This document shows, one piece after another, positions 33,769-42,648 of a stretch of DNA of 44,047 nucleotides. This stretch comes from a virus (lineage: Duplodnaviria > Caudoviricetes), in IMG/VR virus record IMGVR_UViG_3300048857_000003, positions 1 through 44,047 of that record. The stretch is one strand, 5' to 3'. A model generated the notes under the pieces. That model ran no database searches. It was not told the DNA's origin and saw nothing but the letters and a program-made list of their open reading frames with translations. Within the stretch, counting starts at the first letter, position 1; each line of letters begins with the position of its first letter. Made by a program: the position numbers and the translations under genes.

Positions 33769-35191
33769 TGTCGTCTACCTCATCAAGTGCTGGGCCGGGA
33801 CTTGCTGTCTCCAGCTCATCCCGTATCGTGTCGTCTTTCTTCTCGGGATCAATCAGCTGGTAATCCCTGAGTTGACGCCAGAAGTCGGACTGAGGAATCA
33901 ATCCCGCCTGGACACCCTTGATCAGGTTCGCCAGCAGGTTCGAATCAATCTGGACGCGGACGAAGTTCTGATTGAGTGTGTACTCAGGCTTTCCAGTGGC
34001 ATTCATGAACTGGCCTACCCACTGAAGGACCCGCGTATAGGCTTCTGATACGTTGCTGACGACCAAGGACAGAACCGAATGCTCAGCAGCGTTCTCGTTC
34101 TGCTCCTGTGTGGCGGTCTTGGCGCCGCTACCCTGCTCGATCAGACGGGCACCCAAGGCCACCATCTGCCGCTCTTTGGAATCCATCGCCTCTTTAGCCA
34201 GCGTATTGGGCTGAGCCTGAAGGATGCCAGCTGAACCACCTTGCGGAATCAGAAATGGGGTACGGGCGCCGATGTAGAGACCACTCTCTTGTATCCAGTC
34301 ACGCCACTGCTCATCCAGACCGGCAATCCAGATCATTGGCTGCCCCACCAGATAGGCGCTGTCTTCGTAGTCAGCACTATTCCTGTAGTGGGCAATGTTG
34401 AGTTCAGCCATGTCGTACAGCGGAGCATCATCAACACTGGCGTCGTTATTCTCTGAGCCGAGGAAAGTGAAAGGAATCTCCTTCCAAGGCTTCCCGCTGC
34501 CATCAGTAGGCATGCGCGGATCTTCAGCTAGCGTCCATCCACCGTTCTCACGGTAAAGCTCGACGATGTAGTTGCCGGCATCATCCAGGCGCAGGACTCG
34601 ATATTGGTCCTTGGTCTCGATGCCGAAGCCGTCATCAGTCTCTTCCTCGTACTGCTCTTTGAGTACGACTAGAGACAGGACGTGCTGACCACCAACCAGA
34701 CGAGTACGCCAGTTGATGATCGACTCAGCCTCATAACTCGTCACTGTGGCGCGAACCCGCCCAGCCCGTAGGTCGGCCAGGGATGCATTGCCTTCGATGG
34801 CTGGATAGTCCACCAGAAGCCCATGACGACCCGTCTCAAGCAGATGACCGATTACCGATTGGCTCTGCTGGTAGATACTTACCCCTGATCCGTCGATGTC
34901 CTCATTGACGTAATCAAGTAACGCAGGAACCTTGAGTGTCGGCCAGGTTGTGAAGACTGCACCCACCAGACCATTCTTTGTCCGGCCTGTGGCGTTGTAG
35001 AACACTGCGCGAGCAAGGTAGGACTTGAACCGCTCTTCGTTGGCCTCGCTCTTGTCATGGGGATTGGGTTTAGGCAGGTAGTGAAAGCTCCCCGCCTTGA
35101 TCTTCTCTGAGCCTTTGCAGACGTCCCGCACGAGCCGCCAACGGCTTAGCGCGGCGGTCAGCTCGGGCCTGTGGTATGTGACGTCTGGCAT
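33743..35191 (-). CDS. portal protein (DUF4055-type)
   Basis: YLARAVFYNAT, GLLVDYP, IINWR, NIAHYRNSADYE; follows terL. Confidence 0.88.
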   Translation of the reverse strand: MPDVTYHRPELTAALSRWRLVRDVCKGSEKIKAGSFHYLPKPNPHDKSEANEERFKSYLARAVFYNATGRTKNGLVGAVFTTWPTLKVPALLDYVNEDIDGSGVSIYQQSQSVIGHLLETGRHGLLVDYPAIEGNASLADLRAGRVRATVTSYEAESIINWRTRLVGGQHVLSLVVLKEQYEEETDDGFGIETKDQYRVLRLDDAGNYIVELYRENGGWTLAEDPRMPTDGSGKPWKEIPFTFLGSENNDASVDDAPLYDMAELNIAHYRNSADYEDSAYLVGQPMIWIAGLDEQWRDWIQESGLYIGARTPFLIPQGGSAGILQAQPNTLAKEAMDSKERQMVALGARLIEQGSGAKTATQEQNENAAEHSVLSLVVSNVSEAYTRVLQWVGQFMNATGKPEYTLNQNFVRVQIDSNLLANLIKGVQAGLIPQSDFWRQLRDYQLIDPEKKDDTIRDELETASPGPALDEVDDNGGESSAV

Positions 35192-36498
35192 TAGCGTGCA
35201 AATCCCATATTGATTGAAGTGACCGGCTTAACGATTGGATAGTCCTTGTGGATGAAGTACCCACCGGCATCGTTTGTATGGTCATTGCCTTGTGTCTTGT
35301 CTGGCTCGCCGTTAGAGCCCCACACCTGCTGCTCTAGTGAGTCGGCATAGGTCGGGCACTTGTCGGCATTTACCCTGTATCTGCGCTCCCCTTGGGCATT
35401 GCAGAACATCGCATTCATGGCGTTGATGCGATCCTTCACCGGAGGGTTGGAGTTTGGTGCGATTACGGCAAAGCCTGCTTGCTTGAGCTGGGCAATGTCC
35501 GTTGTACTGGCATTCACCGACTTTCGTGAATCACCAGAGGCGTCAGGGTAGATCCTGATCTGCCTTGTATTCCGATAGTCACCATCGGCATATAACCAAT
35601 AGCGCTCTTTGATCTTTCGGATCATGTCTGGCGTGTCATAGCCATTGATGATCTCTTCCACCGCATGAGGCATGCCATTGCGCTTGACGTGGACAATGGC
35701 CGACATCTTGCCAACGTTAAAGTCCATACCAATGAACAACGGCTCGCCCGGCTGGATGGTCTCGCTTGAGGCATTCAGCTTGCGGTTGTACGTGTGATAC
35801 ACAGAGCCAGAGGTCAGGTTGACGAACTGGCCTTGCAGGTAGGCATTGATCAGCTGCTCAGGATAAGACTCGAACAGCGAGGGAATGTAGTCATCAGGCA
35901 GGTTCAGTTCGTTGTCATAGGTGCTGGCCTGGATTAGCCCGTACCGCTCACCCATGGCAGGCTTCTCTCGAACCTGCTTGGCGAACTGCTGATAAACGAA
36001 CTTGAATCCTTCTGGCGTCGTGGTTACATCAACACCGTTCTTTAACCCGTCCACCTTATAGCGCATACGGGCAATGATCTTTCGCCAAGCCTCTTGGGCC
36101 TTATTGGCGTTCATCACGTCCAGCTCATCGACCAGCCCATGACCGATCTTGAAGCCCACGATGGTTTGGGGCTTCTCCATCGACCTGCAGATGATCGTGC
36201 CTCTGTATGCCCGACCGCTGTAGACGTGGACCTCATGGTTGCCCTGATTGACTAGAACCTTCAGGCCCCATTCATGAGCAACCTCTTCCATCGTTGGATA
36301 GAAGATGTCCCTGATCTGGCTATAGGTAGGAGCAAAGTACCCCGCGTTGATACGAGGCCATTCCCACATATGCTTGGACAGGCCACAACAGCCTACCCAT
36401 GTCTTGCCTGACCCAAACCCAGCTACGAAAGCCTTGAACTTGTGCGGCAGTGCCAGGAACTGCGATTGAGGGACATTAAGCGTCGGGTTTACGGGCAT
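35191..36498 (-). CDS. terL: terminase large subunit
   Basis: Walker A AGFGSGKT, Walker B LVDE, TTTPEG, GMDFN, DHTNDA. Confidence 0.95.
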   Translation of the reverse strand: MPVNPTLNVPQSQFLALPHKFKAFVAGFGSGKTWVGCCGLSKHMWEWPRINAGYFAPTYSQIRDIFYPTMEEVAHEWGLKVLVNQGNHEVHVYSGRAYRGTIICRSMEKPQTIVGFKIGHGLVDELDVMNANKAQEAWRKIIARMRYKVDGLKNGVDVTTTPEGFKFVYQQFAKQVREKPAMGERYGLIQASTYDNELNLPDDYIPSLFESYPEQLINAYLQGQFVNLTSGSVYHTYNRKLNASSETIQPGEPLFIGMDFNVGKMSAIVHVKRNGMPHAVEEIINGYDTPDMIRKIKERYWLYADGDYRNTRQIRIYPDASGDSRKSVNASTTDIAQLKQAGFAVIAPNSNPPVKDRINAMNAMFCNAQGERRYRVNADKCPTYADSLEQQVWGSNGEPDKTQGNDHTNDAGGYFIHKDYPIVKPVTSINMGFAR

Positions 36499-36961
36499 CT
36501 TTGACTGTGACCTCAACGCGCATCGGCACTACATCATCTGGATCAGACTCGACAGGCTTTTCTCTCCATTTGGCCGGCTGTCTGTTCTTCAGCCAGAAGA
36601 TTGCAGCAGTAGTATCGGGTGGATAGTGCTTGATGATCTGCGTCTGGACGATCTCGCCATTCACAACGCGGATATCAGTGTCTTGGTGTTCGTACCCAGT
36701 GGCACGATGGAATAACTTCGAGGCGACTTCAGCGTCAGCAAATGACTTGCCTTTTTTCAGGGCTAAAGAAAACTCCACATGAGCCTTCTTCCAGTTGTTG
36801 ATCGTCTGCTCTGAAACGTCAAAGGCGTCCGCTATTTCAACGTCCGTCGCCCCAAGCTTGGCTAGCTTCTCAGCCCATTCGACGTATTCCGGCTTAAATG
36901 AAGAGGCTCTCCCGCCGCCCTTATTGCCAGCGGCATTCTTGTTACCTTTAGGAGCTGCCAT
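36476..36961 (-). CDS. terS: terminase small subunit
   Basis: APKGNKNA, HTH GATDVEIADAFDVSEQTINNW, PPDTTAAIFWLKNRQP. Confidence 0.9.
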   Translation of the reverse strand: MAAPKGNKNAAGNKGGGRASSFKPEYVEWAEKLAKLGATDVEIADAFDVSEQTINNWKKAHVEFSLALKKGKSFADAEVASKLFHRATGYEHQDTDIRVVNGEIVQTQIIKHYPPDTTAAIFWLKNRQPAKWREKPVESDPDDVVPMRVEVTVKDARKPDA

Positions 36962-36973
36962 AATTCATTGCCG

Positions 36974-37195
36974 TTATACCTTTTCAGGCTTCTCGTTAAC
37001 TTGGGTCCAGCCCATGATTTTGTATTTAAGGAAATCCCCAATCCTTGCCATTGCTGAGCAGTGGGCCTTGGTCGCTCCGTAAGTGGTCATATGCTCACCT
37101 CCGGAGTCACCAACCTTCCTGGCATAGATCATCACTTGGTCGTAGCCATATTCTTCAGCTATTCGCTTAGCGCAGGTGATGGGGATTCTCTTCAT
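36974..37195 (-). CDS. hypothetical protein
   Basis: 73-aa ORF in the late operon. Confidence 0.6.
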   Translation of the reverse strand: MKRIPITCAKRIAEEYGYDQVMIYARKVGDSGGEHMTTYGATKAHCSAMARIGDFLKYKIMGWTQVNEKPEKV

Positions 37196-37197
37196 GG

Positions 37198-37353
37198 CTA
37201 CTCTATAACCCTCTCAACGAACACAGCCCTTGGGATCTCCTTAACAAGCTCGGCACCCACATAGAAGCGGGCGCTCTGCTCGTCTTGGACATAGGTCTGC
37301 GCCTCTACTAGGAAGGCACGACCTTCTGCGTCTATTACCTTCCACTGTGTCAT
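37198..37353 (-). CDS. 51-aa hypothetical protein
   Basis: MTQWKVIDAEGRAFLVEAQ...; AGGTG SD; fills the gap after the GH5 gene. Confidence 0.5.
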   Translation of the reverse strand: MTQWKVIDAEGRAFLVEAQTYVQDEQSARFYVGAELVKEIPRAVFVERVIE

Positions 37354-37362
37354 GGCCTTCAC

Positions 37363-38847
37363 CTATTTGAAGACTTCGCGGAATGCATCCAGAGCGGGCT
37401 TATTACGATCAGCCTCAAGGCTCATGATGTTTTCCTTGGCCGTCTCGGTTGCCCACCATGCATAGCAGTCTGAGCCGTTGTCTCTGGCGTAGATCAGGGC
37501 GTTCTTGAGTGCTTTCAGCGCGTTTGGCATATAGCCAGGAGCACCCACTTCGCCAAGGCAATGCTTGAAGCCTGCCTTCTTGCAGAGGTCTATACACTCC
37601 TTCATTCGATTAACGCCGACTTGAGGGTCGATGTTGTCGTGCCCGTAACCACCACCAGCGTTCGCATCCATGTACAGATGCGTATGGATTTCGATGCGGT
37701 TAGCTGGGTCTTTCAGGGTGAATAGTTTCTCGTTGCCCATCGCCTTGAAGCGTGCCGTGGTAGCCCAATCAAAGGACTCAACAGCAATGGCGCACTGCAT
37801 ATCAATCTTGCGGATCTCATCGATACACAGCTGGGCTTCTTTCACCCAGACATCTACTGAGGGGATATCTACAGGCTCGTTACACAGGTCGATACCGTAG
37901 AAGGCTGCATATGCTTCTGGATCTGACTTGATCAGAGCGACAATCTTGGCGTCTACGTCAGCCAGCGCACCATGTGGTACTGCTGCTGTTCCGATCTTCT
38001 GGCGGTTGGCCGCAGTGTTAGTAGTTGAATAGCCCACATAGTTATGGACATCCACTAGAACCTTGAGCCCCGCCTTGCCGTGGAGCTTGATGTTATCCAG
38101 TAGCTCTTTGCTGTATCCAGGATCAAGTGGGCCAAATAGCTTGCGCTGAATACGCTCCCAAGCAATGCCGACACGAGCTTTCTTGGCGCCGAATCCTGCC
38201 CAGCGCGTGATCTGTGCTGCACTGGCCCAGAAGTAGTTTCGACCAGCCACCCCAGGTAGAACTGTATCGCCACCACCGGCCTGACCGATGTTGACGCAGA
38301 ACAGCCCTTTCGGTGTCAGGTTTGGATTCGCTCCAGTTACGGGAGCAGGATCATTAGCCGGTACGCTTGGAGTCACCGGGGCGGGTGACCCCTCAGACTT
38401 TGGGACGGTGAATACCACCGGCTTACCAGCCACTTTGCTCGGGTCCAGCTTGTTACCGTCAAAGGTCACTGAAGTCTTTTCGTTGAAGACCTCGACGTTA
38501 ATGACCTTGCGGTTCGTACCGTCAGGCAATGCTGCTGTCTGCCCTTTAGCCAATGTTGCGTTACTGGCTACAGAGATACGGGCAACGTTATCTGCCACCC
38601 ATACGCCATCGATCCAATCGCCACCTGTTACCTGAGCATTAGGCACAAGGCTTAGGGTTGTCGTTTCGATTGGCGCTGTAGGCGTCTCTACGGGCTTCTG
38701 TGGCGTCTCTACCGGTGTAGCCTGTGTGCCTGCATTGATCTTGGCGATTGCAGCCGATAACGGCGCTATAGCCTTCGTAACACTGCTATCGATGAGCGCA
38801 GTGAGCTCGTCGTTTGTAATAACGACTATTTTGGGCATTTCGGCCAT
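37363..38847 (-). CDS. glycoside hydrolase family 5 (cellulase-like) with N-terminal extension and Pro/Thr linkers
   Basis: RVGIAWERIQ, VDVHNY, acid/base CNEP, HTHLYMD, nucleophile GEVG; AGGAG SD before ATG 38847. Confidence 0.88.
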   Translation of the reverse strand: MAEMPKIVVITNDELTALIDSSVTKAIAPLSAAIAKINAGTQATPVETPQKPVETPTAPIETTTLSLVPNAQVTGGDWIDGVWVADNVARISVASNATLAKGQTAALPDGTNRKVINVEVFNEKTSVTFDGNKLDPSKVAGKPVVFTVPKSEGSPAPVTPSVPANDPAPVTGANPNLTPKGLFCVNIGQAGGGDTVLPGVAGRNYFWASAAQITRWAGFGAKKARVGIAWERIQRKLFGPLDPGYSKELLDNIKLHGKAGLKVLVDVHNYVGYSTTNTAANRQKIGTAAVPHGALADVDAKIVALIKSDPEAYAAFYGIDLCNEPVDIPSVDVWVKEAQLCIDEIRKIDMQCAIAVESFDWATTARFKAMGNEKLFTLKDPANRIEIHTHLYMDANAGGGYGHDNIDPQVGVNRMKECIDLCKKAGFKHCLGEVGAPGYMPNALKALKNALIYARDNGSDCYAWWATETAKENIMSLEADRNKPALDAFREVFK

Positions 38848-38913
38848 GTGACTGGTCTCCTGGGTTGCCGCGCCGGACAACTGAGCTCGGTCACTGGCCT
38901 TATGGGTTATTGG

Positions 38914-39201
38914 TTAAACAGGTTCGTATGTGGCTTTGAAGATTTCATCTTTGCATGGGTAAAACTCACCCTTTACACCCTTGATGATCCAGTCGCCTGG
39001 CATTGCGGACATCGCTCCTTCAAGCGTGTAGATCTTCAGCCCATCACGCTTGACTAAGTCGGTGTACTCTTCCCACTTCATGCCAGCATGGTTGCCTTTG
39101 ATATCCGGCTTTCCATCTGTGAAAGTGATGACCTCAAACAGGTTTTCACCCGTCCATTGAATCGCATCAATAACGACTGGCTTCTTTCTGAACTGGGTCA
39201 T
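38914..39201 (-). CDS. conserved phage protein (PGDWII motif)
   Basis: FRKKPVVIDAIQWTG...TLEG...PGDWIIKGVKGEFYPCK..IF..TYE. Confidence 0.8.
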   Translation of the reverse strand: MTQFRKKPVVIDAIQWTGENLFEVITFTDGKPDIKGNHAGMKWEEYTDLVKRDGLKIYTLEGAMSAMPGDWIIKGVKGEFYPCKDEIFKATYEPV

Positions 39202-39487
39202 TGGTTGTTCCTGATGGCGTCGTAAGCGGACTGACAGGCACTGCCGGCAATCCTTGATCGGTCATAAGCTTCAGCCAGCTCTCTTGCTCGTGCATCCATC
39301 CGGCTGAGCACGTCGGATAACACCACTGCGGGGCCGGCGGCTGTCTGGCTTCCACTGGCAGCGCCGGTATCGCCGGGGCAGCTACGGACGGACTTGGCGA
39401 GACGGTCGGCTTGTTTGCGCAGCCGGTCGCTAGCAGCGTCAGCATCACGAGCATCAGCCTGAGCGTCTTTGATTTGCTGCTGGGCAT
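39167..39487 (-). CDS. Rz1: outer-membrane spanin lipoprotein (Rz1-like), overlapping Rz in another frame
   Basis: Lipobox LATGC followed by a Pro-rich tract. Confidence 0.75.
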   Translation of the reverse strand: MPSSKSKTLRLMLVMLTLLATGCANKPTVSPSPSVAAPAIPALPVEARQPPAPQWCYPTCSAGWMHEQESWLKLMTDQGLPAVPVSPLTTPSGTTNDPVQKEASRY

Positions 39488-39704
39488 CGGCTCGGATCTC
39501 GTCTATTCGATTCTGGTTGGCCTGCTCCTTGGCTCGCGCCGCTCTCTCTTCCTCCGCCCTGAGCGTTGCTTGTGCGGCTTGTGCGTCACTCTCGCGCTTT
39601 TCCCACTTGGCATCGGTTACGTTCACTCCATGCCGATAGGCTCCAAACAGGCAGCCGAGGACGATAGCGGCGGCAATGCCCCACTTCAGAAGAATGGCGT
39701 TCAA
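39198..39704 (-). CDS. Rz: inner-membrane spanin (Rz-like, DUF2514-type)
   Basis: N-terminal TM, long coiled coil, AGSACQSAYD end. Confidence 0.85.
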   Translation of the reverse strand: MNAILLKWGIAAAIVLGCLFGAYRHGVNVTDAKWEKRESDAQAAQATLRAEEERAARAKEQANQNRIDEIRADAQQQIKDAQADARDADAASDRLRKQADRLAKSVRSCPGDTGAASGSQTAAGPAVVLSDVLSRMDARARELAEAYDRSRIAGSACQSAYDAIRNNQ

Positions 39705-40192
39705 AGGTCGTCAGCCAAATATTCCAAGTTGTCCATATTGCGATTCGTCCAGCCGGTGCCGAAGTCATCCCAATTGTTCAGTTTGGTTTGGAACTTGCCA
39801 CGAGCAGCGATATAGCGAGCACACACTGCAACTGGGTTGGCTTTCTGAAGCGCGCTCAGTGTTACAGGCCCGATCTTTCCATCATCAGCCACATCTAGGG
39901 CGCGTTGGAGCCAGCGAGCTGATTGGCCTATACCTGAGTTGTAACCGCCGTCGAATACCTGAAAAGCCACCATGAAAGGCATCTGGTCGCACTTGAGCGG
40001 GTCCCAGTATGCTTTCTTGGCTATCTCTTTGGCCTTCTCGCGGGGAAGACTCTTCATCTCGCCCTGGTAGCCGTTAGCTCGGGCGACTGCCTCAGTGATG
40101 CCCCACATCGTTTTTCCACCCTTGTCTCTTGGATGGTCAGCGTAGGAACCTTCAGCACCCATGAGGCGGGAGAATGCAACGTCAAAGCTCAT
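39701..40192 (-). CDS. endolysin, glycoside hydrolase family 108 with PG-binding domain
   Basis: EGSYADHPRDKGGKTMWGIT; DDGKIGPVTL; FGTGWTNR. Confidence 0.92.
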   Translation of the reverse strand: MSFDVAFSRLMGAEGSYADHPRDKGGKTMWGITEAVARANGYQGEMKSLPREKAKEIAKKAYWDPLKCDQMPFMVAFQVFDGGYNSGIGQSARWLQRALDVADDGKIGPVTLSALQKANPVAVCARYIAARGKFQTKLNNWDDFGTGWTNRNMDNLEYLADDL

Positions 40193-40398
40193 CCCTTCAC
40201 CTCATGATCAACAATAATCTCGATGTTTGCCTTGATCTTGGGTGTCGTCAGGATTTCGCACTTAACATGTACACCCTCCTGACTGACATCCAGGCCAGCC
40301 TCACGAGCAACTGCGCTCATCAAGGCCCACTCAAATGTGGCACCCTCAAGGGAAGCAAAGTAGTTCGTGGTATTGATCCTCTTGATGTCGATTTTCAT
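40189..40398 (-). CDS. hypothetical protein in the lysis cassette
   Basis: 69 aa; ATGA overlaps. Confidence 0.55.
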   Translation of the reverse strand: MKIDIKRINTTNYFASLEGATFEWALMSAVAREAGLDVSQEGVHVKCEILTTPKIKANIEIIVDHEVKG

Positions 40399-40523
40399 CG
40401 CTTAACCATCAGCACCGTGTTCGGCGCGAACTTAGGGATCATTGTCTGGCTCAGAAACTGGCCACTAAGGAACACGATAAGCCCTAGAAGGCTCCACGCG
40501 ACTACATCCTTGGCTTTGTTCAT
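40395..40523 (-). CDS. 42-aa single-TM peptide
   Basis: MNKAKDVVAWSLLGLIVFLSGQFLSQ...; ATGA overlaps on both sides. Confidence 0.5.
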   Translation of the reverse strand: MNKAKDVVAWSLLGLIVFLSGQFLSQTMIPKFAPNTVLMVKR

Positions 40524-40849
40524 GAATGCGCTCTTCGTTCCCGGCGCTCTCTTATCTGCCTCCGGTCACGTCCATCAATCAGCGATCCGATCCGGTGGAA
40601 AATATATGCGCCCATAAATATGGAATGTCCGACGATAATTGAGCTCGCCAGACTGTTGTGAATCATCTTCCATGGCTCCATCAACCAGAGTGCGATATGA
40701 CCCAGCAGCAGAATCACCGCTGAGGCCATGAGGAAGGCGACCTCCGTTCGGTCATCCTCTCTAAACCGTCCGCCGTTCATGCAGAACCAGACAGAACGAG
40801 CGATCACCATGGAATACATGAGAAATGCGAGTATGGAGATGGTAAGCAT
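40520..40849 (-). CDS. multi-TM protein (holin/antiholin candidate)
   Basis: Three hydrophobic segments and a highly basic C-terminus. Confidence 0.65.
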   Translation of the reverse strand: MLTISILAFLMYSMVIARSVWFCMNGGRFREDDRTEVAFLMASAVILLLGHIALWLMEPWKMIHNSLASSIIVGHSIFMGAYIFHRIGSLIDGRDRRQIRERRERRAHS

Positions 40850-41139
40850 CAGCTTGCTCCCGGATTAAACCTCTCGATCCAATCCTTGACCTTAACCTCC
40901 ACCACTCCTAGTACCGGATATGCGAAAAATCCTAACAGCATGATGATGCCGGCACGGTATTGGTTATCTAATGGGATGAACTCGCCGGCCACCTTGCCAA
41001 CGAAGAAGGCTACAACCAATTTCGAGACGAACATTTTCCAGGTGAACCGCATGGCGGTCGCTCCTGGATAGAAAAGGCTGGCAAGACCTCCAAGCATCCC
41101 GAGCAATCCCACAAGGCACCAGTCCAGCAATTTGTCCAC
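40849..41139 (-). CDS. holin
   Basis: Three TM segments; GLLGMLGGLA; AGGAG SD before GTG 41139; first late gene. Confidence 0.7.
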   Translation of the reverse strand: MDKLLDWCLVGLLGMLGGLASLFYPGATAMRFTWKMFVSKLVVAFFVGKVAGEFIPLDNQYRAGIIMLLGFFAYPVLGVVEVKVKDWIERFNPGAS

Positions 41140-41327
41140 TGGCGGTCTCCTGCGTGTAATAAAAGCCCGCTGCACGCACGTAGCGGGAATGCCAAGGCGC
41201 TTGGCTTAAAAGGGTGACAGGCGACTGGTATCTACCAATCCAGACCTGTCGATCAGTCCGCATGGTGCTGTCATCCACAAAGGAACACGCATGCATCGGG
41301 ACTAAATAGGGCCTTATTTCAGGCAAT

Positions 41328-41353
41328 AAAAAACCCGACACTTGGCCGGGTTT
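41328..41353 (-). terminator. tR'-like late terminator
   Basis: AAACCCGG-ccaagtg-TCGGGTTT followed by a T run. Confidence 0.75.
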
Positions 41354-41414
41354 AGTAAGTAGTCATATTCGCGAACGCAGCGATGACATCATGGGAAAAT
41401 ATTCGCTCAAACGC

Positions 41415-41942
41415 TTACGGGCTGTCAAGGCTTTCTTGAATATATTTATGAACTCCGTGATTCGCATACTCGCCGTGTAATTTTTCGCGCTCCACTTTGA
41501 TGGCTATTTCGGCCTCTTCCTTAGTGCGAAAATTCTTATTGAAAGCCTTCTTACCATTGACGGTGATAACAGCTCGCCATGACTTAGCAGCCTTATCGTA
41601 GGTTATGCCCTTGACTCCTGATGTATTTCGCTTGGTTCTGGCTGAGTTCCAGGAATTCTGATGCGGCTTAACCTCTCTGAGGTTTTCGAAAAGATTGTTG
41701 GTCTTATCTCCGTCCTTGTGATCAATCTGGTTTTCGGGCCATGAACCTGTCATGTAAAGCCATACCAAGTGGTGCGCAGGATATTGCTTACCATCAATGC
41801 CGATCATTATGTATCCACGATCCTTAATCGAAACTCCTGCCATCTGACCAGGATTCATTCGAGTGCCTCGCTTTCGCCACTCGAAGACCCCTACCACTTT
41901 GTTATAGTAAAGAACTTCTTTAAGACGCTTCTGGGTAAGCAT
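41415..41942 (-). CDS. HNH homing endonuclease
   Basis: AHHLVWLYMTGSWPENQIDHKDGDKTNNLFENLRE...NTSGVKGI. Confidence 0.92.
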   Translation of the reverse strand: MLTQKRLKEVLYYNKVVGVFEWRKRGTRMNPGQMAGVSIKDRGYIMIGIDGKQYPAHHLVWLYMTGSWPENQIDHKDGDKTNNLFENLREVKPHQNSWNSARTKRNTSGVKGITYDKAAKSWRAVITVNGKKAFNKNFRTKEEAEIAIKVEREKLHGEYANHGVHKYIQESLDSP

Positions 41943-41952
41943 TCCTTTGCCC

Positions 41953-42648
41953 TCAAGCTACTTGACCAAATATTTCTTGTTGATCGAAGATTTCGGTTAC
42001 ATGGATCAGTGCAGCCTCTTCGATTGCGTCCAGACTACGGTAAACCTGATTTCTCCAGCGACGGCGGGTTGACTCAGGGCGAGCCTCGCTATCCCAAGTA
42101 TTCATGTCGTAGAACTCTGGCTTGAGAACGATCATGTCAGTGGAGCGCTTGATGTATTTTTCACGGTCCACCTCTTTCGACATCCCCTTGATGCCCTTCT
42201 TTTTGAAGCTAGCCATCAGCGCCTTGTGCTCTGCATATTGACGCTCAGCACGGCTTACAACCTCCAGCCCTGTACTTGCTTGAGCTTGCAGGCCCTTCAT
42301 CTTAGGAATGAACCATGCTGTTGTGGCCTTGAACTTGAATAGCTCGGAGGCAAACGATTCCACGTGAGGCGCAACCTTGCCGATTGCTGCGACCTTATTG
42401 CCCTTGTGGGTCGAATACTTCCCAACCAAGAGATTCCAGTGCAGCGGCTTCAACTCCCTGTGTAGCAAGGCATACAGCGCGCAGTCATAGTCAAACTTCT
42501 CTCGGGCTGAGATACAGGAACGAAACGTGCTATCTGCTGGCATGGAGTCAATCAGATTCTGCCAATGCTGCTTTGTCGTATTGTCGATGTTATCGGCAGC
42601 CAGTACCCGTACCAGCGTGCTCATTACGTCGCGATAAATTGCGGTCAT
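41953..42648 (-). CDS. late-gene antiterminator Q-like protein
   Basis: Lies between ninG and the lysis genes; LVGKYST, FYDMNTWD...ESTRRRWR. Confidence 0.65.
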   Translation of the reverse strand: MTAIYRDVMSTLVRVLAADNIDNTTKQHWQNLIDSMPADSTFRSCISAREKFDYDCALYALLHRELKPLHWNLLVGKYSTHKGNKVAAIGKVAPHVESFASELFKFKATTAWFIPKMKGLQAQASTGLEVVSRAERQYAEHKALMASFKKKGIKGMSKEVDREKYIKRSTDMIVLKPEFYDMNTWDSEARPESTRRRWRNQVYRSLDAIEEAALIHVTEIFDQQEIFGQVA

